Positions 31,424 to 41,678 of a stretch of 64,000 nt of DNA are shown piece by piece. Position numbers and translations under genes: made by a program. The notes under the pieces were generated by a model that did no database searches, was not told the origin of the DNA, and worked only from the letters and a program-made list of their open reading frames with translations. Origin of the DNA: Bdellovibrionales bacterium. GTDB taxonomy: Bacteria > Bdellovibrionota > Bdellovibrionia > Bdellovibrionales > UBA1609. Location of the stretch: positions 800,001 through 864,000 of the forward strand of contig CBDHDF010000010.1 in assembly GCA_965261545.1 (NCBI GenBank), given 5' to 3'. Positions within the stretch are counted from its first letter, which is position 1. Every line of letters begins with the position of its first letter.

Positions 31424-32840
31424 CAATGCCGTTTCCTTAAGAAAAATCTCTTGAAATCATTAGATAAATCGACAAGAATAAGACTTGTTTTATTTTACAC
31501 CCAACCCTCAACCAAGGAGTAAGTCACATGCAATCCAATATTGATCTCGAAAGCCCCCAAATGACGAGTTCGCGTCACAGATGACCATTTTATTCTACCA
31601 AAACTTGATTCTTCCTTCAAGCCAGAGCACCTTGTCGATCCAGAAAAACAAAAAAGGAATCGAAAATTTAATCCTCAAATTTTCTTTTTTACCATTATCT
31701 ATCTTATTTCCGGAACAAATTACGAAGGCTACCAAATCGCTCTTAAGACGGTATGGACTCATTTTGGTGACCTGCTTCTCATGCCAGTCAAAAGCAGTCT
31801 CAGCAAGATACGTCAAAGTATTTCTTACCTATTTTTCAAAGATATCTTTGAATCTCTGATTACAGACTACGAACCATTGAGAAAAACGTTTCATGGTTTT
31901 TATATCTATGCCATAGATGGCGACCAATTAGCACTTCCTCGCTCTAAAGATCTTTTAAAGGAGGGTTATTGTGGGTACCCTTGCCCAAATGAGATGGAAA
32001 CTCATTTCTTACGTATGTATCTATCTCATGCTTATGACGTTTTATCGGGTGTGACAAAGAATCTTTGCTATTCTCCCGCTCTCAACGAAATCGCCAATGC
32101 TATTCAAATGATAGGTAGTTTTGAGAGTAATAGCATAACTCTCTACGATAGGCTTTATTTATCTACAGAGATTATTAAGGCCCATGCTCAAGCCAGTAAC
32201 TTCTTTATTGCGCGTTGTAAGCGAGGCTCTACTTTTATCCCCATCGTAAATTTATTTAATGGCCCAGGTTGGTATTCACAAATGGTTATTGAGGGGGTGG
32301 TCATTCATCTCTATAAGTATAAAAACCCAAAGACTGGGGAGTTCTCTGTTTTGGCCACTAATCTTCCGCATGGCTCCTTGGACAAGAAGGATATGGTTGC
32401 TCTTTACTCTCGTCGTTGGGAAATAGAAACGACATTTCGTGATTTTACATCGACAATGAAAATGGAGCAGTGGCACTCAACAAGCCTTAATGGAATATTG
32501 CAAGAGCTGTATTCTTATTTTTGGCTCTTCAATTATACAAAGATTCAAATGAGCATAAATGAGGATGAAGACAGTGTGAATCAGTTGGTAAAAAATGACT
32601 ACAAAAAACCTAACTTTAAACTGATTCTTGATTTCATAATGGATAGCATCCCCCTTTTTGTTGCGGGGCTCTATCAGAAATTTAGGAAGCAGATAAAGTT
32701 GCTGATGAAGATTTCAATGGAGAAGAGGAGGCACTTCAAAAGAAGCTATGAAAGGTCTATCAAAAGGGCTGGGAGTTCTTTTAAAAGAAATAGCTTAACG
32801 CAGAGGCAGAGGGGTGTGGTGGCTTAAGGAAACGGCATTG
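31424..32840 (+). mobile_element. IS4-A copy 4
   Basis: IRs; 10-bp TSD AGTGAGGGAG. Confidence 0.96.
31781..32827 (+). CDS. IS4-family transposase
   Basis: Same protein as 5997-7043. Confidence 0.9.
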   Translation: MPVKSSLSKIRQSISYLFFKDIFESLITDYEPLRKTFHGFYIYAIDGDQLALPRSKDLLKEGYCGYPCPNEMETHFLRMYLSHAYDVLSGVTKNLCYSPALNEIANAIQMIGSFESNSITLYDRLYLSTEIIKAHAQASNFFIARCKRGSTFIPIVNLFNGPGWYSQMVIEGVVIHLYKYKNPKTGEFSVLATNLPHGSLDKKDMVALYSRRWEIETTFRDFTSTMKMEQWHSTSLNGILQELYSYFWLFNYTKIQMSINEDEDSVNQLVKNDYKKPNFKLILDFIMDSIPLFVAGLYQKFRKQIKLLMKISMEKRRHFKRSYERSIKRAGSSFKRNSLTQRQRGVVA

Positions 32841-32958
32841 AGTGAGGGAGTCTCCTCAACGCACATTTTTGACTCAAAAAGAGAAAAGTGGGAACTCGGT
32901 GTCGGAATAATGAGCCAGCCAGGTGGAGGACCATAACCCGGGCACCACGAAGGTGTTT

Positions 32959-33681
32959 CGTATTGACTCATTTAAAAAGGTAACCGAAACGGCACGAAAT
33001 GACTCACTGAGTTGCTGGCTGTTGCTGTTTATTTTTAACCTTTTCGGAAGCTAATGTAAAAAGTTAAGGGGTGGAGTTCCCCACACATCAAAACTGGAAA
33101 GAACTACATAAATAATCGTCATCTTGGTTGGAAAAAAATCAGCAATGGCTCTCTCAAAAAAATGGAAATTCCAATCTCATCAAAGGGTTCATGTGTTTAG
33201 GTTCCCATACTATATTACCCCCTTCTTTTAAACTTGGGATCTTCGAGAAATACCGCCTTTATACCACTCTGAGAAGGCTTTCTTGGCTTACTTTTTCCTT
33301 CAGCTCTTTGAGCTTAACTTCAAGCCCCAGCCGTAAATGAAAAGGGTTGAGTTTCTTTTTCTGAGATTTTAACAAATCCTTCTTTTCTTCTGAAATGTGT
33401 GGTGATTGGATAACTCTATCATGAGATTTTTTTGCTCGACATGGCAATTATCATTCTTTTGATAAGGACGAGAACGATAAAAACACACTGGGTTGTCTCT
33501 TTGAACAAAATATCCAAATAGCTCTTTATTGATAAACTCCGAGCCACAATCAGATTTAAAGCCAGTTATTTCAAAGGGGAAAGACTCCTCAATACTTCTC
33601 ATCGCTTCTTTTGTGGCTAACATTCCTTTTTGCCATAGGGCTCTGTTGGATGTCCAAGTCGAAGCTAAATCTGTGACCGTT
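32959..33681 (-). mobile_element. ISNCY (ISLbi1-like) element IS-E, 3' remnant with internally deleted transposase (33259-33681)
   Basis: End CGTATTGACTCA...AAAGGTAAC resembles the 5' end at 48463; SDCGSEFIN and RSRPYQKNDNCHVEQKN motifs. Confidence 0.82.
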
Positions 33682-33986
33682 TGTTAGGCGCCAATTAAAA
33701 TTGGCCATTTTTAGAAGCCGTCGCCAATGAAAAACGGCCAGTTGATGATGTACTGATTTAGTTATTCTTCGTTCAGAGTTTAGTCAAGTGTCTTTATTTT
33801 GCTCATCATTTAACTCGGACTATGCCACAAGATTCTGAGGAATGATTTTCTGCCCACCACTTTTGGCATGACCCCAAATGCATCCTTCAGCCCTATGGCA
33901 GAGGTAAATGGAGTATTTTTCAGGATTCCTTGGCGCAGCTAATGTCTAAAGCTCCGCGAGAGTGACGAGCAAATAGTACGGTAAAA

Positions 33987-34084
33987 GCCAGTTATCCATA
34001 AATTTATCCATGGCGACACTGCGGCTGTGACCCCGATGTCTAGCAACGCAGTGCTGCTGTGGATAAATTTTGTGGATAACTGGC
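33987..34084 (-). repeat. Palindromic DnaA-box hairpin, copy in IS21-A
   Basis: Two perfect TGTGGATAA boxes plus two near-consensus boxes (TTATCCATA, TTATCCATG) in inverted arrangement. Confidence 0.85.
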
Positions 34085-34111
34085 GAGTTCCTTCCCCAAA
34101 AGTGGGGATCT

Positions 34112-34894
34112 CTAATGAACTTCTTTGGTTGAACTTTCCTCTTTGCTCTGTTTAGACTTGGCTTTTGCCGATTCGGTTCTCCAACTTTCTTTTCCTTCAA
34201 TGTTGAGGGTTTCACAGTTGTGAATGATTCGATCAACAGCAGCAGCGGTGGTAATAGGGTTAAGAAACACCTTATCCCATTCAGAGTATGTTAAGTTTGT
34301 AGTGATCATGAGACTTTTCCTTTCATATCGCTGAGATATGAATTGAAAGAAAAGATCTGCCCCCTCTGTGCAGGAAGCTGTATAGCCAAGTTCATCACAA
34401 GCAATAAGATCAAAACGGTCTAATTTCTTAAAAAGAGCATTCAATGAGAGTTCTTTCTTGCTTTCACGCATTGTTTCAATAAGTTCATGAGTGGTGACCC
34501 ATAAACATCGATAGCCTTGTTCACAGAGTGAACGAACTAGGGACATGGCCAAATGACTTTTCCCCATTCCAAAGCTTCCGTAAAACACAACATTACAGGC
34601 TTTTCTGACCCACTCTCCCTCTGCCATCCAATTAATTTGCTGAGCTGTCACTCCCGTTCTTTTCTGGAAGTTATAAGTTTGGAGTGATTTAAGTTGAGGA
34701 AGCTTGGCCCCCTTAAGCAATCTTTTCACTCTCTGGGAATGCTTGTCAGCAAGCTCATTTTGAACGAGTATACCTAAATACTGTTCATACGTCTTTTTTG
34801 TTTTTTCGGCAACTCTAGCCGTTGCAACATATTCATCCGCCATCGCTGGAAGTCGGAGTTTTTTAAGAGAACCTATAAGTTCTTCGTGATTCAT
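34112..34894 (-). CDS. istB: IS21 helper ATPase IstB
   Basis: GSFGMGKS, DELGY, TTNL, AAVDRIIH. Confidence 0.95.
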   Translation of the reverse strand: MNHEELIGSLKKLRLPAMADEYVATARVAEKTKKTYEQYLGILVQNELADKHSQRVKRLLKGAKLPQLKSLQTYNFQKRTGVTAQQINWMAEGEWVRKACNVVFYGSFGMGKSHLAMSLVRSLCEQGYRCLWVTTHELIETMRESKKELSLNALFKKLDRFDLIACDELGYTASCTEGADLFFQFISQRYERKSLMITTNLTYSEWDKVFLNPITTAAAVDRIIHNCETLNIEGKESWRTESAKAKSKQSKEESSTKEVH

Positions 34895-36360
34895 TAAGAA
34901 CCTCCTATGTTTGGAACAAGACTGTCATATTGAGACAATCTAGGTTGAAGTGGTTTTTGTTGGTCATTCAAATTAATTTTGGTGGGATTTCCTAAGAGCA
35001 AATCTTTTATGGATTTAAAGTCGAAAATCTCACGACTTTCTAATTGAAGCTCCATGGCTGTAGATAAGTCCTGCCAACTCACATGCTGAATCAAGTTGAT
35101 AACTCTTAAATATTCATGCTCGGCACGGCTTGAATCTTGTTGCTTGAGGTATTGATAAAAATTTTCAAACACATTTGTTGGAAAAAGAATGGATCGGTGA
35201 GCCCATCTTACCATGGCTTGCGGCTTACGAACTAAAGAGGGAAGGATATGTTCAAGAAGAAGACTATGCTCCCCATCAGGTTTTCTTTGATGGCGAGCGA
35301 CAATTTCTTGCTTCCCTCCTGCACGATAGATCGTGACATGATAGGGACCCTGTACGGTTTTACAGGGAGATTGGATCACCTCATCAGGTATGGAATATGT
35401 GGTTTTACCTATTCTCAAAGTCCCATAACCATTACTTTGACAAATATTCACCTTACAGAGAATATCTTCATCTCGTGGAGGCAAAGGCTTAAGAACTTTG
35501 GCCTCCTCCTCAAAGCGAGATTTGGTGGAGTCACTCTGATGCTGATCCATATAAGACTCTAAAAACTGATTCAAATGATCCCAGTCTTTAAAAACAATTC
35601 CTTTGTTTCTAACAATATTTTTTATCCGAGAACTGAAGGTTCGAATATCACGCTCCACATCTCCCTTGTCAGAGCCCTTCCCTGCGCGGCAGGGAAGAAC
35701 CTTAAATCCATAGTATTGGATGGCTCGATCAAAAGATTGGGTGTAAATTCGCTGATTTCCTTTAAGAACTTTCTTCACACAGGGAGATAAATTATCAATA
35801 CGGATGTTCGCACTCATCCCACCTATCTTTTCAAAAAAAGCATGCACCCCATCGATGAAACACTCATAGACAAGAAAGGGGTAGGCACGAACCCAACAGG
35901 TGCCACTACAAGGCAATGTTCCAAAATGGAGATGAACGATCTGAACACCATCGGCAAATGGTAAAGCAACCTTCTCCTTAAAATCAAACTGAGCCTGTTC
36001 TCCAGGATCATATCTTTGGCTGAAAAAACGCTCCTTGGGGCGAGAACCAAGAATCTCACAAACTCTTCTCTGAACCGTTCTCTCACTCCCACGATAACCC
36101 TCCTCAACTAATAGCTCATATATTTCACGGGCGGTGTTACTTGGGTTCAACTTCAAAAAGTACTTCACCCGATCCATATATCCATTAAGGGGATCTGGGC
36201 GAGTTCTTTTGGACCTCGCCTTGTACTTCGGTGGGGTGTTGGACTTACAGTACTTGCGCACCGTCTTACGATTGATCCCTAATTCACGAGATATTTCTGT
36301 CTTATTTTTACCACTGTGACTCAGGTCACGAATGCGGCCGAAAGTGTATTGACTAATCAT
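34894..36360 (-). CDS. istA: IS21 transposase IstA (likely start 36360)
   Basis: HTH, PGEQAQFDF, IDNL, DKGDVER, YSIP; GAGGAGG SD. Confidence 0.94.
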   Translation of the reverse strand: MISQYTFGRIRDLSHSGKNKTEISRELGINRKTVRKYCKSNTPPKYKARSKRTRPDPLNGYMDRVKYFLKLNPSNTAREIYELLVEEGYRGSERTVQRRVCEILGSRPKERFFSQRYDPGEQAQFDFKEKVALPFADGVQIVHLHFGTLPCSGTCWVRAYPFLVYECFIDGVHAFFEKIGGMSANIRIDNLSPCVKKVLKGNQRIYTQSFDRAIQYYGFKVLPCRAGKGSDKGDVERDIRTFSSRIKNIVRNKGIVFKDWDHLNQFLESYMDQHQSDSTKSRFEEEAKVLKPLPPRDEDILCKVNICQSNGYGTLRIGKTTYSIPDEVIQSPCKTVQGPYHVTIYRAGGKQEIVARHQRKPDGEHSLLLEHILPSLVRKPQAMVRWAHRSILFPTNVFENFYQYLKQQDSSRAEHEYLRVINLIQHVSWQDLSTAMELQLESREIFDFKSIKDLLLGNPTKINLNDQQKPLQPRLSQYDSLVPNIGGS

Positions 36361-36485
36361 AAGATCCTCCTCATTGCTAACCTTTTGAGTTGCAAAAGGG
36401 AGGGACTCTGTGAGCTTAGTATCTATATCAGAAGAAGAGACTTCATTGTCTAGTATTTGAACACTCCCTGAAGATTGGTCACTTT

Positions 36486-36860
36486 TCATTGGCGACAACC
36501 TCCATATTGAAAGTGGGACATTTTAATTGGCGACGGCTTTAAGGGAAGCCTGTCTTCAAAAAGAAATTCCATGAAAATTGAGGCAAATGTTGGAATCTTG
36601 TGGAATTTAAATACTTTAGAAAATGGGCACAGCCTAAACAGGCTTTTCTTGACTATATATTTAACCTCATTGAAATCCAGAAACAGTCTACAAATGAGAA
36701 ATATGGAACCTGAATAGGCTGTCATGGAAGGACTCTCCAACACGGAGCCCCTTTCCAGGTCGACAAGAACCCAAAAGGAGTTCTTATCAGCTCGGAGCCT
36801 TTTTATGAGTAATATCAATTGATTATATGCGTCTCGGTTGACAATGCCAAAAATCACCAT
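36486..36860 (-). CDS. Possible orphan ORF in the IS21-A left arm
   Basis: GAGGAGG SD before ATG; 124 aa; frameshifted in copy 1; no recognisable motif. Confidence 0.3.
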   Translation of the reverse strand: MVIFGIVNRDAYNQLILLIKRLRADKNSFWVLVDLERGSVLESPSMTAYSGSIFLICRLFLDFNEVKYIVKKSLFRLCPFSKVFKFHKIPTFASIFMEFLFEDRLPLKPSPIKMSHFQYGGCRQ

Positions 36861-37119
36861 AGGTCCTCCTCTGAAAAGTGGCCACTTTTCATTGGCGACG
36901 GTGGGGCATTTTAATTGTCAGCTAACACTTGGAGTTCTTTTGGGGAACTCGGAGGTTCAAGACTGTTTTTTTTGCAAATGGCATGTATATTTGAGCGAGA
37001 TTTTGGGTGACCATCTTTTTCGATTTACCGGAGATAGCCAGTTATTTTTACTTTCAAGACATAAGGAAGTCAGAATGAGAATCGAGAATCTGTAGGGAAG
37101 TGATGATTTGAAGAGAAGG

Positions 37120-37143
37120 GGGACTCTTCTTGTGAAGAGTCCC
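37120..37143. terminator. Hairpin downstream of the lipoprotein gene
   Basis: GGGACTCTTC-TTGT-GAAGAGTCCC; U-tract weak. Confidence 0.45.
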
Positions 37144-37195
37144 TATGAATGTTTTTACCGTAACAACGAAGGGGATGTGACTACAGCCACCTTCT

Positions 37196-37885
37196 TTATC
37201 TATACCCATGGGATATACGGTCGATCTTGAATGAAGAGTTGGGTATTTTCTTTGTTTTCTTATTGGCATAAACAAAGACCTCAACTCCGATTCGGTCGCC
37301 ATTGACGATGGGTGACCATATAGTGCCTTTATGCATGTCCCGATAATCCAGACACTGGTACAAACTCTTATTACTATTACTATTACTATTACTATTAACC
37401 ATAGGAACTATAGGTTGTGATTCCCCAAAAAAGCAAACATGGCTTACTGACGATAGGTCGACGATTACACCCATCCGCATGTGCTTTGCTTTAGGTGAAA
37501 TGACTACCGTTCTGCTAGCATAGAGATGATTCTTGATCTTAACCCAGTTCAAATGGGGGGTTAGATCGCCACGATACTTCTTAGGCATCTTACGAGAGAC
37601 TCCAACTTGGTATGGATAACCGTTCTTTGGCGGGCGTATGGTGATGAATGGCAACCGAATGTAGAGATACATAGACGATTCGCTGTCTGTGTCAACATCA
37701 GCATCAATATCAGATTGATGATGAATGGTATCCTCATTACCATTGACTTCTTCTTTTGCATTATCAGATAGAATGGCAAGCCCACTACTGACGTCTTTTT
37801 CTTTTTTTACATTCATCTCCTGTGGTCCGCAATTTGTCATAGAAATGGCGAATAAAAATAAAAATAAAAATTTCAATGGTTTCAT
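37196..37885 (-). CDS. Hypothetical lipoprotein
   Basis: MKPLKFLFLFLFAISMTNC signal/lipobox; AAGGAG SD; (NS)n tract. Confidence 0.75.
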   Translation of the reverse strand: MKPLKFLFLFLFAISMTNCGPQEMNVKKEKDVSSGLAILSDNAKEEVNGNEDTIHHQSDIDADVDTDSESSMYLYIRLPFITIRPPKNGYPYQVGVSRKMPKKYRGDLTPHLNWVKIKNHLYASRTVVISPKAKHMRMGVIVDLSSVSHVCFFGESQPIVPMVNSNSNSNSNKSLYQCLDYRDMHKGTIWSPIVNGDRIGVEVFVYANKKTKKIPNSSFKIDRISHGYR

Positions 37886-39864
37886 TTTTTTCTCCTTTGT
37901 TTTAAGTAGTAAGTAGAGCTTTACTTTCAAAGCCCCATGGTTTAAATAAATACTTTTTTTTTCATTCACCCAACGCTCTTCCAACATATGCTTATCATTC
38001 CTTATTTGTCATTACACTACATTACATTACAGAAATTCCCGCCGAGCTTGAAAAAACATTGAAATTCCTCCAAATCTCAGTGTGAGAATTGCACTGCATC
38101 GAATAAGGTAAACCTCCCCGTCTTCGCCATTTAGAGGCGAATGTCCAGACTTTAGTTTAGGGCAAATACGTTAAACTCTTTGGGGCACTTTGAGAAAAAT
38201 GGCTGCTCATGATGTGTCGAAAACATCTGAGGCAGCAATAGGCTTAATCCCATAAGCCATTATGGCGAGGAGTTCCTGCCAATTTTTAAAGTATAGGGTA
38301 TGGAAATACCCCCTCATATGATCCCATAGATAAGATAGTCTCCTCTCTTTTTCTACCGCCTTTTGAAACAATTTACAGGCCAAATGTTGAAGTTGGTCCA
38401 CTAAAAATACCAGCATCATAATCACGGCTAAATTGTTACACAAATTTTGCTTGCCGTGGCCAAAATTGTGCTCAAAGTTGTAACCCAAATTCTTTAACGT
38501 ATTAAATGTTTCATTTTCTATCTTCCAGCGTGCTCTTCCCCCCCTCATTATTTGCATTATGTTGTCTTCGTTGATCTCAATGTCAGTCACCCAGCTAAAG
38601 TGCTGAACCTTACCGTTTGCTTTCGTTTCTTTGTATTCAATAAAATTCACTCGACAATCAGGATTTGAATCATTGAGTGAAACATCATTTATGAATCGAA
38701 ATTCATGTGTCACTCCATTCTCTACCACGGTGAAGTGAGAAACTGTTCCTAAGCTATCTGCTCCATTTACAAACTCAAATAAAACTTTGTGGTCCCCCAT
38801 CTTACAGCCTAAAATATAACTTAATTTTAATTCGTTAAGAAGAGTGATGTGAGGAGCATTGGAAGCCAATCCATCCTCAATAACAATCACTGGAAGGTGA
38901 GGGTGTTCCCTGCGAAAATCTTCAAGGAGTCGTTTGGCTGCATTACGCTCACAATCATTTTTGCTCGATCCATCTGTGTTTGAAATGGGCTCTGGAGCAA
39001 TAGGTATAACCTGTTTCTTATCGGGGTGAACAATCACTCCTGCTAACATTTGATGATAGTAGGTCTTCGTCTCATCACGATGATTCTTTATACAACAATT
39101 CTCACAATGAATAGTCGAGGAGCTAAAGGCACCTGTTCCATCAATGCTGAGAAGATATTTTCCACCCAAATATGGGTAACCCTCCAAAACCTTCCCTCTT
39201 TGAGCTACGGTAAACAAAGATTTAAAAAAATTTTGAAACTCACGGGTTGGAACAGGATCTAAAATCTCTCGCATAGCCGTATCACTAGGAATTTGGCCTA
39301 TTTGAAACAAATGGTGTAGGTTGTTTTTTGCCACTGGGTCATGGACCAATGCCGTTTCCTTAAGCCACCACACCCCTCTGCCTCTGCGTTAAGCTATTTC
39401 TTTTAAAAGAACTCCCAGCCCTTTTGATAGACCTTTCATAGCTTCTTTTGAAGTGCCTCCTCTTCTCCATTGAAATCTTCATCAGCAACTTTATCTGCTT
39501 CCTAAATTTCTGATAGAGCCCCGCAACAAAAAGGGGGATGCTATCCATTATGAAATCAAGAATCAGTTTAAAGTTAGGTTTTTTGTAGTCATTTTTTACC
39601 AACTGATTCACACTGTCTTCATCCTCATTTATGCTCATTTGAATCTTTGTATAATTGAAGAGCCAAAAATAAGAATACAGCTCTTGCACATAGGTGTTCG
39701 TGGTTTTTTTCTAATTTTAATTCCGAATTAATGGAAATACTTTTCAAGCCTCCTTTTTTACATAGAGGGAAGTGGGCGATTTATAAATATTTATAGATGG
39801 TATTTTGAGAAATGGACGCAGATTGACATTTGATATCCACGACAAGCCATGTGTTTTAAGAGAC

Positions 39865-40328
39865 TTAATTGTGTAACGAAAGAACTGTGGACTTTTGGGA
39901 ACAACAGAATTTAAATTTCTTTCCACTTCCGCATGGACAGGATTGATTTCTTTCAATTTTTTCGCTTTGGTCATTTTTCTGCTGTGATGCCGACATATCT
40001 TCAGTTACAATTTTTTTTTCTTTTCATCTTCCAAATCCTCATCCAAATTATCAAAAAGAATATCTCCTAGATTCTGGTGAAAGTAACGATTTTTAAATTG
40101 AGATATGAGCATCATAAAAATACATGTAAGAACCAAAAGTGTGAGTGAAGCAAAAAACAAATAAGATGCTTGCATCTGAGTTAATGGGAGGATGAGTGCC
40201 AGTAAATAACCAAATCCAAATACCAATAAGGAAATAAAAAGAGATATAAAGGATCCCAAAGAAAGTAATATTAAAAGTCCAAAAATCATTGCTATTTTTT
40301 GCTCCTGTCGAATACAATGAATCCGCAT
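39865..40328 (-). pseudogene. SEC-C passenger with a 1-bp deletion that removes the SEC-C motif from frame
   Basis: 107-aa ORF ends EDEKKKKL; one base missing beside the A9 run compared with copies 1 and 2. Confidence 0.75.
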
Positions 40329-40433
40329 AGATACAAGTGAGTTATCTACAGACTTAATGATTCTCGCGTTAGTATCTTAATAGGTCAAGATTAATTGGAG
40401 GAAATTTTTATTTTTTAAACGCAGGGGGCAAAT

Positions 40434-41678
40434 ATGAGCACGGAAGCTCAAACACTTAAAACGATCAAAAAATGTTTCAAGAAAGTTATTCCTGAAAAGG
40501 ACTCTCGGGCAACCATTCCACCTCTTGAGTTTATTGTGGCTCTTGTCTTGTCATTCCAGGGAGACTCTAAGACATATTCAATAGAGGGGATTAGGAGGTT
40601 TATGATAAGTCATTTAGGGTTAAGAATTGAAAGACACAGCTTCTGGGAAAGACTCTCTAGAAAAAGATTAAAAAAGCTTCTGAGTAAACTGGTTGAAATG
40701 CTCATGATAAAGCTATCTCATGGAGCTTTTCATGGAAGCAAAGCCATATTATTACAACTGGGAGTCTCAGACGTTCTTCTTGTTGACTCAAGCACAATAA
40801 GCCTTTGGGATGGAGCATCTGAGAATTTTCCAGGGACAAGAACAAACGCAGGAATTAAATGGCACGCTTGTTTCAGTTTATTCAGTGGTATAATGACTTG
40901 GTTCGAATTAACTCCGTCTTCCACTAACGATAGGAAGTGCTTTCCTGATATAAAGGAACTCGTTGGAAAATTAGTCATCTTTGATTTGGGATATTGGGAC
41001 TATGGCTTATTGTCATCTATTCATGAAGCTAAAGGATTTTTCTTGTCTAGAGTGAAGTCAAATGCCTCTATTCTTATTGATGCTGTTGTTGAAGGTTTGC
41101 CAGATTACTATGTTGGAAAAGAGTTCTCTGATATTAAACTCAAGAAAAAAAACGATGTTGTTGAATTTATAGGCAGTGTCTTGTCCAATGGTAAATGGGT
41201 AAGTTTGAGAATTGTAGGCTTCTGGAATTCCTCCGAAAAACGCTATCATTGGTATTGCACGAATTTAGATGTGGCAGCGGAGTCCATATATCCAATTTAT
41301 CGTTTACGTTGGCAATGTGAACTTATTTTCAAATCTTGTAAGAATTCTTTGAATGCAAATCAGATCACCTCAAACGATCAAAATATCATAGAGAGTCTTC
41401 TTCTTGCTTCATTAGCGGCTCACCTCACATCAAGTGTTGTTTTGAGGATAGGAAGAACTAAACTCAATAAGGAACAAAATGACTCCACATCGTTTCAAAG
41501 AGTTGCTAAGGTTACCGTCTTATTAGCCTCTGATTTTATCAAATATCTCCTAAGCTCATCTCAAAAGTATTTAAATATTTTGATAGAGAAGATCAAGATA
41601 TTCTCCCATGAAATTTATGACACAAACTACCGACGGCGAAAAACATCAATGAATATGGCTAAAAAGGTCTTGCTATGA
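40434..41678 (+). CDS. IS4-family transposase, 414 aa
   Basis: One E-to-K difference from the other copies. Confidence 0.92.
   Translation: MSTEAQTLKTIKKCFKKVIPEKDSRATIPPLEFIVALVLSFQGDSKTYSIEGIRRFMISHLGLRIERHSFWERLSRKRLKKLLSKLVEMLMIKLSHGAFHGSKAILLQLGVSDVLLVDSSTISLWDGASENFPGTRTNAGIKWHACFSLFSGIMTWFELTPSSTNDRKCFPDIKELVGKLVIFDLGYWDYGLLSSIHEAKGFFLSRVKSNASILIDAVVEGLPDYYVGKEFSDIKLKKKNDVVEFIGSVLSNGKWVSLRIVGFWNSSEKRYHWYCTNLDVAAESIYPIYRLRWQCELIFKSCKNSLNANQITSNDQNIIESLLLASLAAHLTSSVVLRIGRTKLNKEQNDSTSFQRVAKVTVLLASDFIKYLLSSSQKYLNILIEKIKIFSHEIYDTNYRRRKTSMNMAKKVLL

Larger units (their letters stand above)
28181..32921 (-). mobile_element. ISNCY (ISLbi1-like) element IS-D, interrupted by IS1634-c and IS4-A; 5' boundary approximate
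   Basis: End CGTATTGGGTCATAAG at 28181; GGTGTC...TGAG repeats upstream of the gene. Confidence 0.7.
33682..36927 (-). mobile_element. IS21-A intact copy (3246 bp, no TSD)
   Basis: TGTTAG...CTAACA termini; repeated TTGGCGAC boxes; istAB. Confidence 0.95.

Noticed and set aside
33987..34084. DnaA-box cluster as a replication origin
   Set aside because: It lies inside IS elements in three places, with no dnaA/gidA context or obvious unwinding element
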